Positions 58,239 through 64,000 of a DNA stretch of 64,000 nucleotides are shown here, one piece after another (position 1 is the first letter of the stretch; every line of letters begins with the position of its first letter). Source of the stretch: Undibacterium terreum (lineage in GTDB: Bacteria; Pseudomonadota; Gammaproteobacteria; Burkholderiales; Burkholderiaceae_D); NCBI RefSeq assembly GCF_014636315.1, contig NZ_BMED01000001.1, positions 685,941 to 749,940 on the forward strand. Reading direction: 5' to 3'. The translations under genes were made by a program, and so were the position numbers. The notes under the pieces were generated by a model. The model worked only from the letters and a program-made list of their open reading frames with translations. It was not told where the DNA came from and made no database searches.

Positions 58239-59429
58239 TTACTCCAGAATGTGGAAGTCGCCCGGCGGCTTGTTGCGAAAACCCTGCATGGACAAAGGGC
58301 GATAAGCGTTCTCCGTGCTCCAGCGGGCAAGCACACTGGCATGGATGAAATCCCCAGTATCGACCTTCCTCGCTGATTGCTCCAGCACACTGAACGGTGG
58401 TTTGGTCCAGGGCGTGTGAACCGGCACACCCAGTACTGACGGGGCAGTCGGATGCAGGGGATTCACGAACAGGACGCCGACGGATTTCAATTGTTTGATC
58501 ATCCAGTCCAGGGCCAGGTCGGACAATTGCGACTGATCCGCTGCGTAGCCGCCGCCCACGTCCGCGTGGGCGCCGACAAACCAGCACTGCACGACGCCAT
58601 TACGCTTGGCCCACTGTGTGACGGGAAAATCGATGCGCAACTCATCGATCGCCATCGCGTGGAAACCATTCTCTACCAATGGGCTCAATTGGTCGTCGAC
58701 AAAACGGAACAGATCGTAGCGCTGCCCCTGCATATAGGCCGGCACACCCATCGCTCCAACGGTATCCCAGACCGCAACGGTCTTGATAGGCACATTAGGG
58801 ATCAGGCTGGCCGCGCTCAACCCGGTGGCAACAAATTCCTGGATGAAATTGACAAAGGTATTGGAAATATTCGACAGGATATTCAGCGGCGAAATGGAAA
58901 CCGATTTGGATTTGGCCCAGGCAGCAATACCCAGCCGGTAAGCAGCCTCTTTATCATTGATATCGTAGGTGGCGGGATTGAGCAGCCCTACCCTGGCTAT
59001 CATGCCTGCCAAGGCCCGTGCCGTGTATGCGCCGCGGCTGAAACCGATGATATGAATGGAATCTCCCGGCTTGTAATGGCGGGAGATGAAGGTATAGCCG
59101 CGCACGATACGCGCAATGATGCCCATGCCGAAAGCGCCGCCCAGTATCTTATATAAAATATTGGAGGAGTCACCGACACCATGCAGGTATTTGGCCACCT
59201 GCAATACTTCGCCAGCAGCAGAGCTATACGATATCTCCTGTTCGTCCGCCAGGCCTATGGTTGCGGGAATGGAATATCCCATCAGATTGCCAAATACCTT
59301 GACCACATTCGTCACCGGCGGCGCTGTGAATTCGCCCCTGTCGTCATTGCCATCTATGGGCTCCGGACCGCCGGCAACAGCAGGCCCGTTCCAGGTGCCA
59401 TCGGCACAAACGATGATATTTTTTGGCAT
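58239..59429 (-). CDS. DUF2235 alpha/beta hydrolase (T6SS Tle1-like phospholipase family)
   Basis: N-terminal IIVCADGTWN and nucleophile elbow GFSRGAYTARALAGMI are the two DUF2235 hallmarks. Confidence 0.7.
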   Translation of the reverse strand: MPKNIIVCADGTWNGPAVAGGPEPIDGNDDRGEFTAPPVTNVVKVFGNLMGYSIPATIGLADEQEISYSSAAGEVLQVAKYLHGVGDSSNILYKILGGAFGMGIIARIVRGYTFISRHYKPGDSIHIIGFSRGAYTARALAGMIARVGLLNPATYDINDKEAAYRLGIAAWAKSKSVSISPLNILSNISNTFVNFIQEFVATGLSAASLIPNVPIKTVAVWDTVGAMGVPAYMQGQRYDLFRFVDDQLSPLVENGFHAMAIDELRIDFPVTQWAKRNGVVQCWFVGAHADVGGGYAADQSQLSDLALDWMIKQLKSVGVLFVNPLHPTAPSVLGVPVHTPWTKPPFSVLEQSARKVDTGDFIHASVLARWSTENAYRPLSMQGFRNKPPGDFHILE

Positions 59430-59567
59430 GGCTTCCTCCGTTGTCCGCCCAGCATAGGCAGATGCCGGCTGATGCTACAACTTCATTGCCAATTTTTCAA
59501 TGTCAATCTGTCATATATTTGCAGAATGCGTGTAGCTGCTGAATACCTCCAGCTACAGAGCAAACAG

Positions 59568-59909
59568 CTAGAGCGAAGCTGCCTGTGCTTCAGCAGGATC
59601 GACAAGAGTAGCCAAGCCGAGATTTTGGCGGGCAGTATTGAATAAACCCAGATAGTGGTCGCGCGATCCTATATCCAGCAGACCCGCTTCCAGTGCATGC
59701 AGATGCAGAAACTTTTCAGCAGGAACGACAAGCGCATCCTCGCCGGCTTGCCCAGGCCAGTGCAGCTTTACGGCCGTGACTTGTTCTCCATCGATATCCA
59801 TCCCGCCGGGACAAACACTGACTTGCATGCCTGTACGCAGATGGACGGCGGTCTGTCCTTGCAGGTGAAATTGCGGCAGGCTTCCCAGAAATTCCATATG
59901 CGACTGCAT
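59568..59909 (-). CDS. Hypothetical protein (113 aa)
   Basis: Clean ORF. No motif recognised. Confidence 0.4.
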   Translation of the reverse strand: MQSHMEFLGSLPQFHLQGQTAVHLRTGMQVSVCPGGMDIDGEQVTAVKLHWPGQAGEDALVVPAEKFLHLHALEAGLLDIGSRDHYLGLFNTARQNLGLATLVDPAEAQAASL

Positions 59910-59984
59910 AATCCATCCTTCAGGTTTATCTCAAAGCGAGGGCCGGCTTACAAATTTACAAATCGCACCCATTCATCAGAAAAA

Positions 59985-60278
59985 TCAAGGTAGCGCTTTC
60001 GCATCTTCCAGATGCAATCGTGCACGGTCCGTCAGCAAATCGAAGTTCCACACATGGTTCTGCGGCTCTCCACCGACCTCCACGCTGGCGATGAAGCCAT
60101 TGTCTCCATGGCGCTGGCCGCTGCCTCCGGCCATCGCATGCGGTTCTCCATCCACGTGAAAGTCGAGCGCCACGGATTCTCCATCCATAGCCTGATTGGA
60201 CAATAGGGCCGCCACGGTGCGCGGCGTAAAAGCAATCACATATTGCAGTGTTTCATATTTGGGTGGATTCAATGGCAT
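59985..60278 (-). CDS. Hypothetical protein (98 aa from ATG 60278)
   Basis: AAGGAG RBS 6 nt upstream of ATG 60278 (MPLNPPKYETLQ...). Confidence 0.4.
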   Translation of the reverse strand: MPLNPPKYETLQYVIAFTPRTVAALLSNQAMDGESVALDFHVDGEPHAMAGGSGQRHGDNGFIASVEVGGEPQNHVWNFDLLTDRARLHLEDAKALP

Positions 60279-60572
60279 GCTCATCTCCTTGTTCACTGAA
60301 ACACCAGATTAATCCACTAGAAAAAACATGACGGTACGCCAGCGCTCATAGGCAGGAAATCACCATACTGCGCTGATGCAGGAAGGCCTTTGCCATGGGC
60401 AGGGTCGCATTTAGCGCCCTTTTTTGTGCGCTGGCGCACGGAGCCGGTTTGCATAGCTGCTTATTGTGGAAACACTAATTCACTGTCGCACGTTTCCCGA
60501 ATTCCAGTGATTGCAGGACGAATTAGTGCAGCGGAAACATTCGGGCAACATCCACCTTTGAGGAGTCATACG

Positions 60573-60875
60573 ATGAAAAAATTAATACCCGTGATACTGA
60601 CAGGTCTGTTCGCGATGTCGATGAACGTGCATGCGATTGCAGACGATGCGAAACAAGATGCCAAGGCAGTAAAGGAAAGGGCTGAGGGCGATTACAAAGC
60701 AGCCAAGGCAAAAATAAAAGGTGAACACGAAGCATCTGAAGCCGAGTGCAAAAAACTCGACGGCGACGCTAAAAAAGCCTGCAACAAAGACGCTGATGCC
60801 AAGGAAAAAATGGCTAAGGCCGATGCAGAAGCCGCCTACAAGAAGTCCAAGGCTGAAGCCAGCGCCATGAAATAA
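60573..60875 (+). CDS. Small secreted Lys/Ala/Glu-rich protein (100 aa)
   Basis: GAGGAG RBS. Signal peptide MKKLIPVILTGLFAMSMNVHA. Low-complexity KA-rich mature part. Confidence 0.5.
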   Translation: MKKLIPVILTGLFAMSMNVHAIADDAKQDAKAVKERAEGDYKAAKAKIKGEHEASEAECKKLDGDAKKACNKDADAKEKMAKADAEAAYKKSKAEASAMK

Positions 60876-61185
60876 GCTTTACCAGCCAATGCCTGCGCCT
60901 CCCCATGGAGCGCGGGCATGCCGGCACCGGCGGGATATCTGCACAATCGAAAAATCCCGCAATGGACATCGCGCGCAACTAGCCTTGTGCTTCCCCGCGC
61001 ATCAAGGTCCAGATTTCAATCAATGAAATCAATGACTTAATCTGCTCATCAAGCAGAAAGTCGCTTCCAAATCGCCTATGCTGTAATTCAGCGCCAAGCT
61101 GAAGCCCGAGCCTGCATGCGCCGTATCTTCATTGCAGTCTTTTATCCTGGCAATTTAGTCAGGCGGTTTATTCAAGGGAGCCACC

Positions 61186-61422
61186 ATGATTGTTGATTTA
61201 TACCGTCGCGCCGAAAGCGGCAATAAATATTCCTATCTAGCAGTCCCTACAGGCAAGCTTTTGCCCGAGGAAGTCACCGGTACTGATTGGCAAGTACATT
61301 CCCGCCAATGGGACCTGGAGCAAGAGCCCGGCATTCCCAGCTTGCTGACCGCTGACGTGGTCAAACAAATCGATGAGAAACGCTATGCCATCACTCATCT
61401 GAACGATCAAATCCGCTCCTGA
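61186..61422 (+). CDS. YcgL-domain-like small protein (78 aa)
   Basis: GGGAG RBS. MIVDLYRRAESGNKYSYLAV… resembles the YcgL-domain N-terminal pattern (MxxxIYRSxKxxxxYLYV). Confidence 0.45.
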   Translation: MIVDLYRRAESGNKYSYLAVPTGKLLPEEVTGTDWQVHSRQWDLEQEPGIPSLLTADVVKQIDEKRYAITHLNDQIRS

Positions 61423-61665
61423 TCTCAGCAGTCTGAACAAACGCCCGCTACGGCGGGCTCCCTGGATCCGCCCCCTTACTCCGAAGCACTGAATCTGCAA
61501 GGATTCATGGTTTTCGCATATCCCTATGAATGCTACAGCCTATTCCATTGCCTGATAATTCACACACTTAGCACAGTGACATTGATATCCAGATCATTTC
61601 TTACAAGACTGGATTGCCCATCAAGGGCGCTCATTAAATGAAGAAACCACTCAGGGAGAATAAAA

Positions 61666-62097
61666 ATGAAGAGCACGATGCTGCTGTTGGCTGCCATGTT
61701 TGCGTTTTGCAATATTGCCCATGCTGATGACGTTAAATACTATAAAGACGGCCCCGTCAGTGAAGTCACCTATGTCAAAACCAAGCTAGGGCATTTTGAT
61801 GACTACGTAAAATTTCTTGATCTGAAGTATAAAAAAGAAATGGAAGCCTATAAAAAAGCGGGCCTGATACTGAGCTATAACGTTTTTGGCGCCAGCCCGC
61901 GCAAGCCATCAGATCCAGACCTGATCCTGGTGGTGACCTATCCGAATATGGCGACCCTGGATAAATCGGAGCAATTTGAAAGCATTAGCAAACAAGTCAG
62001 CGGCAGCACGGGCCAGCAAAACAAGGAAACCATAGACCGCAACGAATGGCGCGACATACTCGGCAGCGAACTCGTCCGCGAGCTGATCTTGAAATAG
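61666..62097 (+). CDS. Secreted hypothetical protein (143 aa)
   Basis: GGGAGA RBS. Signal peptide MKSTMLLLAAMFAFCNIAHA. Confidence 0.5.
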   Translation: MKSTMLLLAAMFAFCNIAHADDVKYYKDGPVSEVTYVKTKLGHFDDYVKFLDLKYKKEMEAYKKAGLILSYNVFGASPRKPSDPDLILVVTYPNMATLDKSEQFESISKQVSGSTGQQNKETIDRNEWRDILGSELVRELILK

Positions 62098-62215
62098 GCT
62101 GCTGCGGCCTCTCACTTACCCACATCCTATGTTAACAATCCTGTGGATAAGTGGCGAAATGGCTTGCTACACCCCTGATTCATAAGGCTTTATTTCTCTT
62201 GCTCAAAAACAAGGC

Positions 62216-62250
62216 AAAAAAAAAAGACCCGCCAGCTTGCGCTGCGGGTC
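62216..62250 (-). terminator. Rho-independent terminator for the 62372 gene (GACCCGC-11 nt-GCGGGTC followed by U10 on the minus strand)
   Basis: rc reads gacccgcagcgcaagctggcgggtcttttttttt. Confidence 0.75.
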
Positions 62251-62371
62251 GAATCCAATTCCTTAGGAAAACTGGTGAGACAGGCGCTAGTATAAGGCCG
62301 GAATATTTCTCCATCATGACACGCTCAATGTCGTTCATAACGAAGAAGCAGAACCGCTAGTGCCGGAGATA

Positions 62372-63331
62372 TCAACGAGCCCTCGTGATTGCCTGCCGTA
62401 TCCCAGCCATGGCTGCCCTGTCGTTGAATACGATCTTGCCATCGACCATCGCCACTCCAAGCCTGGCCCATAGCACGGGCAAATCCGGCGTTACCGGCTT
62501 GTTGGCCATCTCCGCGTAGAGATCACTCAGTACCTGCATTCCGGTCGCCGCATCGCCCGCCTTCAAGGCCCGCAAAATGGGCCACTCGTGCGCCATGCCG
62601 CCGCTATCGCGATTGATACCGCGCAAAGCATCTTGCAAGCCAAAGCGATTATTGGTTTGCTCACGCAAGCGCAATTCTGCCATCAGGCAAAACAGGGCGC
62701 CGCCCCAATACGTGCGCCCCCAGGTATGGGTATTGTCCAGGCCCTGGTCGCCATCGGCCGGCAAACCCTGATGCAGGTCGCGCATCAGGTCACCCCATAC
62801 TTTTTCCGGCGGCAGCAGGCCGGCCTGCGCCCGCGCAAGCGGTTCAACATATGTCGCTATCCCCTCTTCCAGCCAGTGATGCCTGCGCGGCATCAAAGGA
62901 AAAGCAAGGTGCACCATTTCGTGCACCATGACCCAGTCCCGCTCCAGCGTGGCCGCATCGGCATCCCGGCCTATGCCTACCCGGATCACGGGCATGCCGT
63001 CGCCATAAGTAACGCCTTGATTGATTTTTCCGCCGGCTACCGGCACCAGCAGCAAGCCCAGCTCGGGTACCGGAAAGGCGCCATAATACTTCGCTACTGT
63101 CTGCGCATCGGTACGCACCCAATCCAGTATCTGCTCTTTGGACAATACTGTCTTGCCTTCGGCAAAAACCACCCGGATAGTCGCGCCCTGCACTTTCAGT
63201 ATCGTGGGATTACCGTCACGAATCGCTTCCCGCAGGCGGCTTTCAGTATCCTGTGCTGCCGCTTGCAGCGGCATTACCGCCATCAGCAGGGCTGACAGGA
63301 AGAGGCTTAAAACGCAGAGGCTGGTTTTCAT
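62372..63331 (-). CDS. Secreted HExxH zinc-metallopeptidase-like protein
   Basis: Signal peptide after ATG 63331 (MKTSLCVLSLFLSALLMAVMPLQAAA). VHEMVHLAF with downstream EEG (gluzincin-type third ligand). The tool ORF is extended to 63601. Confidence 0.55.
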   Translation of the reverse strand: MKTSLCVLSLFLSALLMAVMPLQAAAQDTESRLREAIRDGNPTILKVQGATIRVVFAEGKTVLSKEQILDWVRTDAQTVAKYYGAFPVPELGLLLVPVAGGKINQGVTYGDGMPVIRVGIGRDADAATLERDWVMVHEMVHLAFPLMPRRHHWLEEGIATYVEPLARAQAGLLPPEKVWGDLMRDLHQGLPADGDQGLDNTHTWGRTYWGGALFCLMAELRLREQTNNRFGLQDALRGINRDSGGMAHEWPILRALKAGDAATGMQVLSDLYAEMANKPVTPDLPVLWARLGVAMVDGKIVFNDRAAMAGIRQAITRAR

Positions 63332-63515
63332 GAGGGAACCCGGCAATGACAAAGCAGATATGCAGGCCAGCATACACGCTCTGCAGCTTGCCCGCAGGGC
63401 GCGGTACCGGATGTATTCCGGCACGGAATCAGGATTTTTGTTATTGTCTGTTTCAGTGAATTGCAGACTCTTTGCATCAATGTTTTTTCCTCCAGCCGAA
63501 TCGATACCAGAACCG

Positions 63516-64000
63516 ATGAAATCAATGAAACAGACACAGTTCTTTATTTGCCTTATCCCCTTGCTATTTGCTGGCGCACCGGTATTTGCTGCTGACTCCA
63601 TGTCCTACATAGGCGATGTGGCATGCCGTGTAGCCAATCCCCATCCGCAGCCGCAGGAAAGCATTACCTGGAGCGGCTCCTGCAAGGATGGCTTTGCTGA
63701 TGGAAGCGGCGTACTGCAATGGCTTGAACAAGGCAAGCCGGTTTCCCGCTACGAGGGCACGCTGGTGCGAGGCTTGTCCGATGGCACGGGCATCTATGTT
63801 TTTAATGACGGCAGCGGTTATGCGGGTGAATTCAAGGATGGCGTCTATCATGGCAAAGGCACGCTGACCAGGACGGACGGCAGCAAACTGATCGCCACCT
63901 TTGACCACGGCGAACCTGTCGGCGAGGTTGAATCCACCGGCGCCAACGGCGCCGGCTATCGCGGCGGGTGGAAAAATAATCTGCCTGAGGGCAAAGGCAT
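63516..64000 (+). CDS. Secreted MORN-repeat protein, 3'-truncated at the window end
   Basis: Open frame with no stop through nt 64000. Signal MKSMKQTQFFICLIPLLFAGAPVFA. Repeated YxGxxxxGxxxGxG units (GSGVLQW…, GTGIYVFNDGSGYAGEFKDGVYHGKGT…). Absent from the ORF track only because it has no in-window stop. Confidence 0.6.
   Translation, partial: MKSMKQTQFFICLIPLLFAGAPVFAADSMSYIGDVACRVANPHPQPQESITWSGSCKDGFADGSGVLQWLEQGKPVSRYEGTLVRGLSDGTGIYVFNDGSGYAGEFKDGVYHGKGTLTRTDGSKLIATFDHGEPVGEVESTGANGAGYRGGWKNNLPEGKG

Noticed and set aside
62140-62148. Perfect DnaA box TGTGGATAA
   Set aside because: A single isolated 9-mer in an intergenic region. No cluster, DUE or dnaA/dnaN context, so chance occurrence is most likely.
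62240-62260. tRNA T-loop-like string GGGTCGAATCC
   Set aside because: No matching acceptor stem, D-arm or anticodon arm can be built. The sequence is the 3' half of the terminator hairpin at 62216-62250. No tRNA or rRNA genes were found in the window.

Overview
This 64 kb window looks like a chromosomal segment from a high-GC Gram-negative bacterium, probably a betaproteobacterium of the Burkholderiales type. That is inferred from composition, Tat signals, a PEP-CTERM protein and frequent GTG/TTG starts.

Gene density is high, with about 60 protein-coding genes. I found no rRNA or tRNA genes, no CRISPR array, no transposase and no obvious prophage.

Recognisable content, from start to end:
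- two convergent Cache-type hybrid sensor kinases
- a beta-lactamase-fold serine hydrolase and an epoxide-hydrolase-like alpha/beta hydrolase
- a PilZ protein next to a GAF-GGDEF(degenerate)-EAL protein
- a same-strand REC-EAL -> nsrR -> hmp (flavohemoglobin) array carrying two near-identical NsrR-type palindromes
- an NHL-repeat/M23 peptidase fusion
- a LexA-box-preceded operon encoding a FAN1-like VRR-NUC nuclease and a RecB-nuclease/XPD-DinG-type Fe-S helicase fusion
- ggt plus a membrane dipeptidase, and catalase
- a fatty-acid desaturase
- a flotillin gene with two secreted proteins
- a Tat-amidase/NUDIX/poly-Ser-tailed protein operon that contains an (AAG)21 microsatellite
- an M61-like peptidase, DUF3820, a TonB-dependent receptor and a TolC-family protein
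- an msrA-msrA-membrane protein-msrB cluster
- a PEP-CTERM protein, and a YhhQ/QueT transporter preceded by a candidate preQ1-I-like RNA
- a Tat-secreted intradiol-dioxygenase-like protein
- a DUF2235 (Tle1-like) hydrolase, Zn-PLC-like protein and sterol-desaturase-family trio
- several small secreted or hypothetical proteins, and a 3'-truncated MORN-repeat protein

Non-coding signals include:
- several intrinsic terminators
- a 12-nt tandem repeat that re-encodes LSK-stop
- a MITE-like pair of 26-bp inverted repeats
- a perfect 13-bp-arm palindrome with a CTGT-N8-ACAG core
- four TTAATAYCC direct repeats upstream of katA

The most interesting candidates for new biology are the SOS-linked FAN1-like nuclease plus nuclease-helicase module and the NO/NsrR-coupled c-di-GMP module.
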